Under the pieces are notes generated by a model. The model did not search any database and had not been told where the DNA came from. It was given only the letters and a program-made list of their open reading frames with translations. Shown here in pieces: positions 30,031 through 39,768 of a stretch of 64,000 nt of DNA. Numbering within the stretch: the first letter of the stretch is position 1; each line of letters starts with the position of its first letter. A program made the position numbers and the translations under genes. The stretch is from NCBI GenBank assembly GCA_043816785.1, contig JBDRHP010000011.1, positions 59,076 through 123,075 on the forward strand, given 5' to 3'. Origin of the DNA: Candidatus Margulisiibacteriota bacterium (GTDB taxonomy: Bacteria; Margulisbacteria; WOR-1; O2-12-FULL-45-9).

Positions 30031-32627
30031 TGATTATCCCATTGGCGACATACCGCCTGCAGTTTACGCCGGAATTTGGTTTTCAAGAGGCACAGTCAGT
30101 CGCCGCCTATCTGGCGGACCTGGGTATTTCTTCCATTTATGCTTCTCCCATTTTTATGTGCCGCCGCGACAGCCAACATGGCTATGATGTGGTTGATCCT
30201 GACCAGCTCAATCCCCAGCTGGGCAGTGCCCAGGATTTTGAGGAGCTGGTTGAGAGCGCCAAGGACCAGGGCTTAAGCTGGCTGCAGGATATTGTTCCCA
30301 ATCATATGGCTTATGACAGCCAGAACAAATATTTACTGGATGTGCTGGAAAAAGGTCAGGCTTCATCTTATTACCGTTTTTTTGATATTGACTGGGACCA
30401 TCCTTATCAGGACCTGAAGGGACGCCTCCTGGCGCCTTTTTTGGGGAAATTTTATGCCGAGTCACTGGAAAATGGCGAAATCAAGCTGGAGTTGGATGAA
30501 AAGGGATTGAGCATCCGCTATTATAATTGGCGTTTCCCGCTCAGCCGCGATTCTTATGCTGGTTTCTTTCCAAACGGTCCGGATGAGCAAAGTGTGGCGC
30601 GTTTTAACGGCACAGCGGGAAAGCCTGAGACTTTTAACGAGCTGGATCAGCTTATTTCCAGCCAGCTTTATCGTTTATCCTTCTGGAAAGTTGCGTCCGA
30701 AGAGATCAATTACCGCCGTTTTTTTAACATCAACGAATTGATTTGCCTGCGCGTTGAGGATGAGGCGGTTTTTGAGGCGACCCATGCCTTGATCTTTCGC
30801 CTGATTAAAGAAGAAAAGTTTGACGGCTTGCGCATTGACCACGTTGACGGCCTTTATGATCCCGCCGGCTATCTTAAAAGACTGCGGCAAAAAGTCGGCG
30901 ACATATATTTGCTGGTTGAAAAGATCCTGGCAGAGGGCGAGAAGCTGCCGGAAGACTGGCCGGTCCAGGGCACAACTGGTTATGATTTCCTGAACCAGAT
31001 CAATGCTTTGTTTTGCCGTAAGGAAGGCGCCAGGCAGTTTGCCAAAATCTATTACAAATTTGCAGGCCAGCCGCTTTCTTATGACCAGCTGCTGGCGGAC
31101 AAAAAGCGTTTGATTATCGGCCGGCACATGGCCGGCAATATTGATAATCTGGCCCGCCAGATGAAAGGCATCAGTAGCGGTGACCGCTACGGCCGCGATA
31201 TTACCCTATATGGTTTGCGCCGCGCTTTGGTTGAGGTCATGGTTTATTTTCCGGTTTACCGCACTTATGTCAATCAAGATAATCTGTCTGCCCAGGACCG
31301 CAGCAATATTATGGCAGCGGTGACAGAGGCCAGAGCAAAAAATCCCGCTCTTTGTTATGAGATCGATTTCATCGAGAGATTTTTACTGCGGGAGTACAAG
31401 CAGGGCGAAGGGCCAGCGGACTTTATCATGAAATTCCAGCAATATACCGCTCCGCTGATGGCCAAAGGGTTTGAGGACACTTTTCTCTATATTTATAACA
31501 AGTTTATTTCCTTGAACGAGGTTGGCGGAGATCCCAACCGCTTTGGCCTAAGCGTTAAGGACTTTCATAAATTTATTACCCAAAGGTTTATTGCCTCTCC
31601 CCATGGGCTCAATGCAACTTCAACCCATGATACCAAAAGGGGGGAAGATGTGCGTAGCCGGATAAACGTCCTGTCAGAACTAGCCGGTGAATGGAAGAAT
31701 AATCTGAAAGTTTGGAGCAGGCTGAACAAGGCAAAAAAAACCATTAAGGCAGGCAATTATGCCCCGGATACCAATGACGAATATTTTATTTATCAGACCA
31801 TGTTAGGCGCTTTGCCGTTCCAGGAAGGCGACTATCCGGCTTTTAAACAAAGGCTTAAGGATTACGTGGTCAAGGCGGTCCGGGAAGCCAAAGTGCACAC
31901 AGCCTGGCTTAAGCCTGACACTGAATACGAAGAGGCCTGCCTCAAATTTGTTGATGAGATCATGAAACAGGAAGACAACCGTTTTTGGCCCGATTTTCTT
32001 GCCTGGCAAAAGAAAATCGTTTTTTACGGCATGTTCAATTCACTGTCGCAACTCTTATTGAAGATTGCTTTGCCCGGCGTGCCGGATTTTTACCAGGGGA
32101 CTGAATTGTGGGACTTGAGCCTGGTGGACCCGGACAACCGCCGGCCAATAGATTTTGCGGCCAGAAAAGATGTCTTATCCTTGATTAAGTCAGCTGAAGA
32201 CGACGACCTGCCTGCTTTGATGAAAGAGCTTCTAAAGACAAAAAGTGACGGCAGGATCAAGCTCTTTCTAATGTACCGGCTGCTAAAGGCGCGCAAAGCG
32301 CAAGAGGAAATTTTTGCCAGAGGCCGTTATCTTCCTCTGCGTGTTGAGGGACACTTTAAGGACCATGTTATTGCTTTTGCCAGGAGGCTGAAGAGCCGCT
32401 GGCTGGTTGCTGTTGCCCCCCGCTTTTTAACTTCTTTGGTCGAAGTCGGCCGGGACCCGCTGGCCGAAGAAGTCTGGCAGGATGCCGCGGTTGTTTTGCC
32501 TTCTGCGGCGCCGGACAGTTGGCGCGACACAATCTCAAACGAGGAAATCAAAGTGGCAGGACAAAAACTCAGGCTGGGCGCGGCCCTGAAAGATTTTCCA
32601 GCAGCCTTGCTTTATGGAGAAAAATAA
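30027..32627 (+). CDS. treY: Malto-oligosyltrehalose synthase
   Basis: ATYRLQ, DIVPNHM, RIDHVDGL, VEKIL, STHDTKR, LVDPDNRR. Confidence 0.94.
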   Translation: MMIIPLATYRLQFTPEFGFQEAQSVAAYLADLGISSIYASPIFMCRRDSQHGYDVVDPDQLNPQLGSAQDFEELVESAKDQGLSWLQDIVPNHMAYDSQNKYLLDVLEKGQASSYYRFFDIDWDHPYQDLKGRLLAPFLGKFYAESLENGEIKLELDEKGLSIRYYNWRFPLSRDSYAGFFPNGPDEQSVARFNGTAGKPETFNELDQLISSQLYRLSFWKVASEEINYRRFFNINELICLRVEDEAVFEATHALIFRLIKEEKFDGLRIDHVDGLYDPAGYLKRLRQKVGDIYLLVEKILAEGEKLPEDWPVQGTTGYDFLNQINALFCRKEGARQFAKIYYKFAGQPLSYDQLLADKKRLIIGRHMAGNIDNLARQMKGISSGDRYGRDITLYGLRRALVEVMVYFPVYRTYVNQDNLSAQDRSNIMAAVTEARAKNPALCYEIDFIERFLLREYKQGEGPADFIMKFQQYTAPLMAKGFEDTFLYIYNKFISLNEVGGDPNRFGLSVKDFHKFITQRFIASPHGLNATSTHDTKRGEDVRSRINVLSELAGEWKNNLKVWSRLNKAKKTIKAGNYAPDTNDEYFIYQTMLGALPFQEGDYPAFKQRLKDYVVKAVREAKVHTAWLKPDTEYEEACLKFVDEIMKQEDNRFWPDFLAWQKKIVFYGMFNSLSQLLLKIALPGVPDFYQGTELWDLSLVDPDNRRPIDFAARKDVLSLIKSAEDDDLPALMKELLKTKSDGRIKLFLMYRLLKARKAQEEIFARGRYLPLRVEGHFKDHVIAFARRLKSRWLVAVAPRFLTSLVEVGRDPLAEEVWQDAAVVLPSAAPDSWRDTISNEEIKVAGQKLRLGAALKDFPAALLYGEK

Positions 32628-34132
32628 TGCTTGAACAAAGAGGCAGCGGCGTTCTTTTACATATCACTTCATTGCCATCACCTTATGGCATTGGTGATTT
32701 GGGGCCGGCCGCCTTTGGTTTTGCTGATTGCCTCGCAGCTGCCGGCCAGTCTTACTGGCAGGTCTTGCCGCTTAACCCCACGGATATGGCCTGCGGCAAT
32801 TCGCCCTACAGCAGCAATTCGGCCTTTGCCGGTAATATCTTGTTGATCAGCCCGCAGCAGCTGCTGGAAGATGGTTTTCTGTTCAAAGATGATCTTAAAG
32901 ATGCGCCTCATTTTCCGAAAGAACGCTGCGATTATGACACGGTCATTCCCCACAAGATCAAATTGCTTGACCGCGCTTATCATAATTTTAAACAGGGCAA
33001 AAAAGAACGCCGGGAATTTGAAGGTTTTTGTTCGCTCAATTCCTACTGGCTGGAAGACTTTGCCATGTTTGTGGCCTTAAAGGTCCGGCGTTTCAACTGG
33101 GCGGCCTGGGATAAATGGGACAGCCCCCTGCGCGACCGCCAGCCAGGCGCGTTGGAAGAGGTCCGGCGAGAATATCACGAAGCAATTGAACGTGAAAAGT
33201 TTTTCCAGTATCTTTTTTACAAGCAATGGCATGCCCTCAGGCAATATTGCAACGGCAAAGGGATCAAGCTGATCGGAGATATCCCTATTTATGTTTCATA
33301 CGACAGCGCGGATGTCTGGGAGCACAGCCATATTTTTAAACTGGATGAGAACAAGCAGCCGGCCTATGCGGCGGGTGTTCCGCCGGATTATTTCAGCCAG
33401 ACCGGGCAGCTTTGGGGAAACCCGGTTTACCGCTGGGACGAGCTGAAGAACCGGGGGTATTATTGGTGGTTGCAACGGCTGGAGCACAACCTCAGCCTTT
33501 TTGATATTGTCCGGATTGACCATTTCCGGGGGTTTGTCGGCTACTGGGAAGTGCCGGCAGGCGAAGCAACCGCAGTCAACGGCAAGTGGGTTAAAGCGCC
33601 GGCAAAGGATTTCTTTTGTGCCATGACTAAAAAGTTTCCGGATCTGCCTTTGATTGCTGAAGACCTGGGCATTATTACTGATGATGTCAAAGAGATAATG
33701 CAGCAGTTTGGTTTTCCGGGCATGAAAATTCTTTTGTTTGCCTTTGGGGAGGACTTGAAAAAACATCCGTATCTGCCGCACAATTATGTTGAGAACTGCG
33801 TGGTCTATACCGGCACGCATGACAACAACACGGCCAAAGGCTGGTACGAAGAGGAAGCCTCGGCCCATGAAATAAAGAACCTGGCCGAATACCTGGGCCA
33901 TCAAGAGAACAGCCGGACGGTCAATTGGGACCTGATCAAGCTGGCGCTTTTGTCCAAGGCCAGGATTTCGATCTTCCCATTGCAGGATATCCTGGGTTTG
34001 GGCAATGAGGCCAGGATGAATGTCCCCTCCAAAGCCCATGGCAACTGGCAGTGGCGGTTTTTAGAGCAGCAGCTGGATCCTGCGACCATTGGCTCTCTTA
34101 AGCAATTAACCGTAAAGTCCAAGCGGGCTTGA
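32627..34132 (+). CDS. malQ: 4-alpha-glucanotransferase
   Basis: GVLLHITSLP, RIDHFRG, AEDLG, GTHDN; start coupled to the treY stop (TAATG). Confidence 0.95.
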   Translation: MLEQRGSGVLLHITSLPSPYGIGDLGPAAFGFADCLAAAGQSYWQVLPLNPTDMACGNSPYSSNSAFAGNILLISPQQLLEDGFLFKDDLKDAPHFPKERCDYDTVIPHKIKLLDRAYHNFKQGKKERREFEGFCSLNSYWLEDFAMFVALKVRRFNWAAWDKWDSPLRDRQPGALEEVRREYHEAIEREKFFQYLFYKQWHALRQYCNGKGIKLIGDIPIYVSYDSADVWEHSHIFKLDENKQPAYAAGVPPDYFSQTGQLWGNPVYRWDELKNRGYYWWLQRLEHNLSLFDIVRIDHFRGFVGYWEVPAGEATAVNGKWVKAPAKDFFCAMTKKFPDLPLIAEDLGIITDDVKEIMQQFGFPGMKILLFAFGEDLKKHPYLPHNYVENCVVYTGTHDNNTAKGWYEEEASAHEIKNLAEYLGHQENSRTVNWDLIKLALLSKARISIFPLQDILGLGNEARMNVPSKAHGNWQWRFLEQQLDPATIGSLKQLTVKSKRA

Positions 34133-34873
34133 ATGAAGAAAAGATTGGATCAATTACTGTTGGAACGAGGCCTTTTTCCCTCTCGCACCCGCGCCCAGGC
34201 CGCCATCATGGAGGGATTGGTCTATGTTGCCGGCCAAAAGGTTGAAAAATCCGGCTACCTTTTTCCTCCCGATATTGAGATCGAGGTCAGGGGCGAGCTG
34301 CATCCTTATGTTAGCCGCGGGGGAGTGAAGCTTGACAGCGCGCTAGCCGAATTTAAAATAAATGTCAAAGGGAAAACAGCCCTTGATGTCGGGGCTTCAA
34401 CCGGCGGGTTCACGGATTGTTTGCTGCAGCATGGCGCAGCTAAAGTTTACGCCGTGGATGTTGGCTATGGGCAGTTGGCCTGGAAGCTGCGCCAGGACCC
34501 AAGGGTCGTGGCTGTTGAGCGGAAAAACGCTAGATTTTTAACATTAAAAGACCTGGGGCTTAAGGTTTCAGACATCGGGCTGGCAACAATTGATGTCTCA
34601 TTTATTTCTCTTTCAAAAATTCTGCCGGCAATCTATGATTTACTAACTGACCAGGCAGAGATCGTAGCCTTGATCAAACCGCAGTTTGAAGCAAAGAGGG
34701 GGGATGTAGGCAAGGGGGGGATAGTTCGGAGCGAAGGAGTTCGAAGTTCGGTCGTAGAAAAAGTTAAGGCAGAAGCAAAGGCCCTAGGCCTTGAGGCCAA
34801 AGGGGTTATTCAATCCCCAATCACTGGCGCGGATGGCAATGTTGAGTTCTTAATCCATCTTACTAAGGGATAA
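34133..34873 (+). CDS. tlyA: TlyA family rRNA methyltransferase
   Basis: S4 domain, YVSRGG.KL, DVGASTGGFTD, DVSFISL, KPQFE. Confidence 0.95.
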   Translation: MKKRLDQLLLERGLFPSRTRAQAAIMEGLVYVAGQKVEKSGYLFPPDIEIEVRGELHPYVSRGGVKLDSALAEFKINVKGKTALDVGASTGGFTDCLLQHGAAKVYAVDVGYGQLAWKLRQDPRVVAVERKNARFLTLKDLGLKVSDIGLATIDVSFISLSKILPAIYDLLTDQAEIVALIKPQFEAKRGDVGKGGIVRSEGVRSSVVEKVKAEAKALGLEAKGVIQSPITGADGNVEFLIHLTKG

Positions 34874-36857
34874 TTGGCAACTCTATCCCTGACGGATATT
34901 TTGCGTCGTGATACACCGTAATATAGGGCTGGATGTTGGCTGGGTCTTTTGGATCATTCTTTGGCGACAGCTTCGGATTTAACTCAAAAGTTGGCCAATC
35001 TGCGCTGGCAATTGATACCCGAATCTTATGCCCCTTCTTAATTACCCACGAAGTTGGTTGGAGGTCGATGATCATTTTTATGATTTTGTTGTCTTTAAAG
35101 ACTTTCTCTGTATAATCTGCTCTTTTAAAACCGTAGTAGGGGAGGTCAGGTAGAACATTTATGCCTTTGCCAGACAGTAAAATGTCTTCATTTGGTCTTA
35201 AAATATTAAAACCAGCCCGAAGCTGCCCGTCTGTGATGTAGAGCGCCTCTCCTTTTTCATCTACATCTTCAAGATAAACATAAACGTCGCCATAATCAGC
35301 TGTGGAAGAAAGATAAAGTGTGGCAATGGGGTGGCCGGTTGTTTCTGTGTCTTTAGTAAGTGGCGCAGACGTAAAAGTAATACATTTTTGGTCTGCTTCG
35401 GTCCTTACTATAATGGTATTTGGATTTAAGCCGGGATTCCAACGGCTGCCTTTATTAGTGCCAAAAGCGGCGGAGGCGGTTAAATCACCTTTAAATTCTG
35501 TTTTGCCGGTTGATTGCTGGGTTGCAAGTGTTTGGCCCTGGCCCAAATAATAATCGGTTATGACTTGGCGTTTAAGCGGCCACTCCCTTTCCTCGCGCCA
35601 TTCATTTTTGTTCATAACGTAAATACGGATGGGCGGATCATTTTCAAAGCCGTTTTCAACGCCTTTTAAATAACGGTCAAAAAAACGCAAACCCTCGTTA
35701 AACCGCCATTCCCGATATTTTTTCAGGTCTATTTTAAAATAATCCCAATAGGGCCCGCTGCTTTCCGCATGATAAGAGGGGTGGATTAAGATTTTGCATG
35801 GATTTGTTTGACGAAGAGTATCAAACCACTGAAAAGTTCCGCGGGTAAAAAGATCAAACCAGCCGCCTACTATATAAACCGGGATGCCTGATTTAGAAAT
35901 TGTGACTGGCCAATTATTAGGCCCTTTGGCTGCCATGGAACAGCCGGCAACAATGTCATCCCGAAAGTTGATCTTTCCCCACTCTCCCATGGTAAGGTTT
36001 GCCTTGTGTGCTGCCGTGGCTTGGTAATAAACATTATCTTTACGCTTTTTTCCATCGCGATATTTTGGAGGATAATCGTCATCTAGAAAAGTGCCGCTTT
36101 TATTGACATCCACAGGAATTTCGTCTGCCAGCTCTCCATCCCCATCTTCGTCAACCACGGGTAGAGTCGGCCAAATTTTTGCATCAGGGATTTCAGAATC
36201 AGGGACAAAAGAATTTGCGTCGATTTGCTCAAATAATTCACCCAAGCCATCTATGGTTCCTCTATTTTTGATCCCTCCCGCAAAGAAGGCGTCGTTATAT
36301 AAATCAAAGGCAATGATTTCAGGCATAATACATTTTAAGGCCTTAGGCTTATGTCCGGCTGTGGCATATTGTGACCAGCCGACATAAGATCCGCCGATCA
36401 TGCCGATATTGCCATTGCACCAGGGTTGGGCTGCAATCCATTCAACGGCTTCTTTTCCATCCTGCCCAAGCTGAGGAGACATGCCTAGGCGATTACCAAA
36501 GGAAGCGCCTGCTCCGCGCATATCAGTAATGACAAAAGCATAGCCATTTTTAATATATTTTTTTACGCTTTCTTCCTGGTTAAGGAAAAACTCCATTTTG
36601 CCGGTGTCGGGATTAATGTTGTAGCGGTGATAGGGCAGGTACTGGAAGATAACCGGGCGTGCTTTATCTGATTTAGCAGGAAGAATTACGGTTGCAGCAA
36701 GCCTTACCCCGTCACTCATGGGAATAAAAGCTTGTTCAACTCTATATTCATTTGAAGGGAACTGGTCGTTGGCTTGGCTTTTGCTAATGTTGTAGCCGAC
36801 AAAAAATATTGCGGCTAAGGTTATTAATGATGTGGCGAATATTATTTTGTTTCTCAA
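34863..36857 (-). CDS. Exported CocE/NonD family serine hydrolase
   Basis: Signal peptide, MSDGVRLA, DMRGAGASFG, GGSYVG nucleophile, GGWFD, C-terminal jelly-roll domain. Confidence 0.88.
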   Translation of the reverse strand: MRNKIIFATSLITLAAIFFVGYNISKSQANDQFPSNEYRVEQAFIPMSDGVRLAATVILPAKSDKARPVIFQYLPYHRYNINPDTGKMEFFLNQEESVKKYIKNGYAFVITDMRGAGASFGNRLGMSPQLGQDGKEAVEWIAAQPWCNGNIGMIGGSYVGWSQYATAGHKPKALKCIMPEIIAFDLYNDAFFAGGIKNRGTIDGLGELFEQIDANSFVPDSEIPDAKIWPTLPVVDEDGDGELADEIPVDVNKSGTFLDDDYPPKYRDGKKRKDNVYYQATAAHKANLTMGEWGKINFRDDIVAGCSMAAKGPNNWPVTISKSGIPVYIVGGWFDLFTRGTFQWFDTLRQTNPCKILIHPSYHAESSGPYWDYFKIDLKKYREWRFNEGLRFFDRYLKGVENGFENDPPIRIYVMNKNEWREEREWPLKRQVITDYYLGQGQTLATQQSTGKTEFKGDLTASAAFGTNKGSRWNPGLNPNTIIVRTEADQKCITFTSAPLTKDTETTGHPIATLYLSSTADYGDVYVYLEDVDEKGEALYITDGQLRAGFNILRPNEDILLSGKGINVLPDLPYYGFKRADYTEKVFKDNKIIKMIIDLQPTSWVIKKGHKIRVSIASADWPTFELNPKLSPKNDPKDPANIQPYITVYHDAKYPSGIELPIIP

Positions 36858-36858
36858 G

Positions 36859-37917
36859 CTAATCCCGTCTTAAGGGATGATGCGCGCAGCGGAAGGCGCC
36901 TTCCCAGGCAGAAACCGCGTCAAAAGGAATAAGCAGCACTTCTTGCCCCCTCTTTCTAACTTCTGCGGCAATGCGCTGATGTTGTTGGTCCATGATAGCT
37001 GTTTTTTTATCAAGCACAAGGGCATTAGTAGCTAGTCTTCTGGCTTCTTCCTCAGTTACTTCAACCCAGTCAAAGTTTTTAAGTGAATTAGGCAAGTCTC
37101 CTATAATCCGATCCCTACATATTATTCCCAACCCAGGTCGAAGCAATGCCATGGCGCAATCCAGGTGCAAAACATCTGGTTTTAACTGAATAGTATGGAC
37201 TTGGTATTGAGGGCCTAAATACTGTTTTAACCATTCAATGCCGGCTTGGTTGGTTGCCCGGCCGGAATATCCAACATATATTTCGTAGCCATTAAGCAGA
37301 ACATCTCCGCCTTCAATAAATGGGTCAGGGTCATTGTCCTCGGGCATTCTGGGTGAGGCCGGCGGCATAGAAACATACTTGGCCTGGCTGTTCTTTACAG
37401 CATCCAGCAATATTGATCTGATGGCAAATTTTTCTTTTCTTCTGAACACACCTTGCAAGGCTGTTTCAATAACATTATTCCCAATAACCAAAACAGGATC
37501 CCTGGGAAAGAGCGATCCGCCGCCTTTTTGAATGTACGACAAATAATTTATTTCGTCAGGAGTAAAAAGGCGAGGCCGGTGGACAATAATGCCCCTGTTT
37601 TCTAAGAGCTTGGCCAGTCCATCGAACTGAGAAACAATCTTTTGTGAGGTTTCAGGATCGATTTCTGATAATCTTTTGCCTGCGTATTTTTTGATCAAGG
37701 CTTTGGTTTGCGCCGGGACTTCCACCTTCTCAATCTGGTCTGACCAGCTGGGAATAATAATATCTTCTCCCCGGCCAACAATTACTTCTTTTAGTGTTCC
37801 CCATTCATGGTGAACGGAGACATTTTTTTCTTGAGGCAGAAGCATTTTGTTGTAAAAATAAAGCCCAAAAAGAGCAATGATTATGATTAGCAAGACAGCG
37901 AAAAGTATTCGTTTCAT
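36859..37917 (-). CDS. Amidinotransferase (pentein) family protein with N-terminal signal/anchor
   Basis: EWGTLKEVIVG, FPRD, EGGD, HLDC, C-terminal FRCAHHPL. Confidence 0.85.
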   Translation of the reverse strand: MKRILFAVLLIIIIALFGLYFYNKMLLPQEKNVSVHHEWGTLKEVIVGRGEDIIIPSWSDQIEKVEVPAQTKALIKKYAGKRLSEIDPETSQKIVSQFDGLAKLLENRGIIVHRPRLFTPDEINYLSYIQKGGGSLFPRDPVLVIGNNVIETALQGVFRRKEKFAIRSILLDAVKNSQAKYVSMPPASPRMPEDNDPDPFIEGGDVLLNGYEIYVGYSGRATNQAGIEWLKQYLGPQYQVHTIQLKPDVLHLDCAMALLRPGLGIICRDRIIGDLPNSLKNFDWVEVTEEEARRLATNALVLDKKTAIMDQQHQRIAAEVRKRGQEVLLIPFDAVSAWEGAFRCAHHPLRRD

Positions 37918-37972
37918 GTTAGCCCCCCTTTGTTTGCCATACTTCCTGCGCTATTATATAATCATTCAAGAG

Positions 37973-38509
37973 ATGAATTCAACGATCCTTTTATCAATTT
38001 TAATCGGCGTAGTAATCGGACTGCTTTTGTTCTTCTTGCTGGGTAAAATATGGGGCCGGTCCGGAAAGACCGCTGAGGGCGAGGTCTCAAGATTCTCAGA
38101 AAAAGAAGCCGAAAGCCTGCTGAGACGGGCGGGTTTTCAGATCCTTGGCAAAAAGCGCAGGGAAACCGTTATTACCGTTATTGACGGCAAGGATCATTTT
38201 GGCTATCTTGAGGCAGATTATATTGTCAGGAAGAATCGGCGCAAATATGCGGTGGCTGTTCATATTGGTGAAGGCAGCCCAGATCCTAACGAGCCGTCCC
38301 TGCGGCGCCGGTTGTTGGAATATGACCGGGGTTTTGCTCTTGATGGCCAGCTGGTCCTGGATCTAAATCGCGGTGAAATTCACACGGTCCGCTTTAAATT
38401 CCCCAGGGAATGGAATATTGATGCTTTCTTTCGTTTACTGATCGCCGTATTTATTATCTTTCTGGTAATTGGTATAATCTGGGTATTAGTAACGCTTAAG
38501 TTGTTTTAA
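37973..38509 (+). CDS. Hypothetical membrane protein (TM helix at each end)
   Basis: Hydrophobic termini; central domain weakly restriction-endonuclease-like. Confidence 0.65.
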   Translation: MNSTILLSILIGVVIGLLLFFLLGKIWGRSGKTAEGEVSRFSEKEAESLLRRAGFQILGKKRRETVITVIDGKDHFGYLEADYIVRKNRRKYAVAVHIGEGSPDPNEPSLRRRLLEYDRGFALDGQLVLDLNRGEIHTVRFKFPREWNIDAFFRLLIAVFIIFLVIGIIWVLVTLKLF

Positions 38510-38520
38510 AGGAGGCTGCC

Positions 38521-39282
38521 ATGACAACAATTGGAGTAATTTTTAAGCAGGAAGACCGGTTGATCGCGGGAACCGCGCAGCAGGTTATCAAAGAATTAAA
38601 AAAGATGGGGTATCGGGTTAATCTAGCCCGAGCCAAATTCGCGGTCGTACTAGGCGGCGACGGCACAATCTTGCGGGCTGCCAGGCTTTTAGCCAAAAGT
38701 AAAACACCAATCTTGGGTGTGCACATGGGCGGGCTGGGTTTTTCCTCTGAAGTTGAGCTTCATGAGCTAACCGATGCACTAGAGCAGATCAAAAAAGGCA
38801 AGTTTACAATTGACGAGCGGACAATGATCGAAGCGCTGGTGGCCGGACGGAAATTAATCGCTCTAAATGATATTGTTATCAGCAATAGCGGGATTGCCCG
38901 TGTTATCAGATTAGAGATCAAGGGTCTGGCCGAATATATTTCTGATGGGGTGATCTTTTCAACTGCTACTGGTTCCACTGCCTACAATCTCTCGGCCGGG
39001 GGGCCGATCTTGACCCCGGATTCAAAAAGTCTTGTCATAACAGCTATTTGTCAGCATAGTATATCAACCAGACCGATCGTGATTGAGCGACCAGTCACCG
39101 CTGTCTTAAATCGGGGCAAAAAAGCCATCCTGACCGCTGATGGTCAGCAGTTAGTCCTCCTACATGAAAGGCAGAAGATCATGATTCAGAGATCAAAGCT
39201 AACAACGCGGTTTATTCGTCTAGGAGAATATGATTTTTTTACAAGGGTAAAAGAGGCCTTCGGATTTGGCAGCCGGCTCTAG
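38521..39282 (+). CDS. nadK: NAD(+) kinase
   Basis: GGDGT, LGF, LND, DG..STATGSTAYNLSAGG. Confidence 0.94.
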   Translation: MTTIGVIFKQEDRLIAGTAQQVIKELKKMGYRVNLARAKFAVVLGGDGTILRAARLLAKSKTPILGVHMGGLGFSSEVELHELTDALEQIKKGKFTIDERTMIEALVAGRKLIALNDIVISNSGIARVIRLEIKGLAEYISDGVIFSTATGSTAYNLSAGGPILTPDSKSLVITAICQHSISTRPIVIERPVTAVLNRGKKAILTADGQQLVLLHERQKIMIQRSKLTTRFIRLGEYDFFTRVKEAFGFGSRL

Positions 39283-39497
39283 TTATTGAAAGCGCCGCTG
39301 TTAAGCGAGGTTATTTTGGACAGGTCGTCCACCAGCAAAAGGTGCTTTGGCTCAGATAAGTTTGGAGCGCCAGTTTGGGAAAAACAAGGAAAGAGCGTGA
39401 CTTTGTGGAGCTCGGCGGAGACCAATTTTTCCAAATACTTGTGAAAAGCATATTTCCCGATGGCCTTCATTAATTTTGTATTATCCATTGTGTTCAT
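39279..39497 (-). CDS. Small hypothetical protein
   Basis: AAGGAG 8 nt before ATG 39497. Confidence 0.45.
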   Translation of the reverse strand: MNTMDNTKLMKAIGKYAFHKYLEKLVSAELHKVTLFPCFSQTGAPNLSEPKHLLLVDDLSKITSLNSGAFNN

Positions 39498-39509
39498 GAT
39501 CAATACTCC

Positions 39510-39701
39510 TTAGAAATACGCCTTATGCCCGGTCTTGTTTCTGAACATATTTGCGAAAACGCTAATGAATTGGCCGGAAGATTCGATCCTTGATTTTTCA
39601 ATGTGCAGGGCGTCTTGGACAAAGGTGGCTCGTTTCTCTTGGCCAGGGCGAGAGATTAACGCTACATCGTAATTTCTTTTATCAACTGGTTGCTGTGTCA
39701 T
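39510..39701 (-). CDS. Small hypothetical protein
   Basis: GAGG RBS and shared promoter motif upstream. Confidence 0.55.
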   Translation of the reverse strand: MTQQPVDKRNYDVALISRPGQEKRATFVQDALHIEKSRIESSGQFISVFANMFRNKTGHKAYF

Positions 39702-39722
39702 TGTCTTTTCCTCTCATATATA

Positions 39723-39750
39723 TATCGACAGTTTTTGTGAATAATTTCAC
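39723..39750 (-). promoter_or_regulatory. Shared alternative-sigma promoter motif, copy 3
   Basis: GTGAAATTA..CGATA (TGAAAT-N16-CGA). Confidence 0.7.
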
Positions 39751-39768
39751 TTTATTTTGGTGGCTTTT

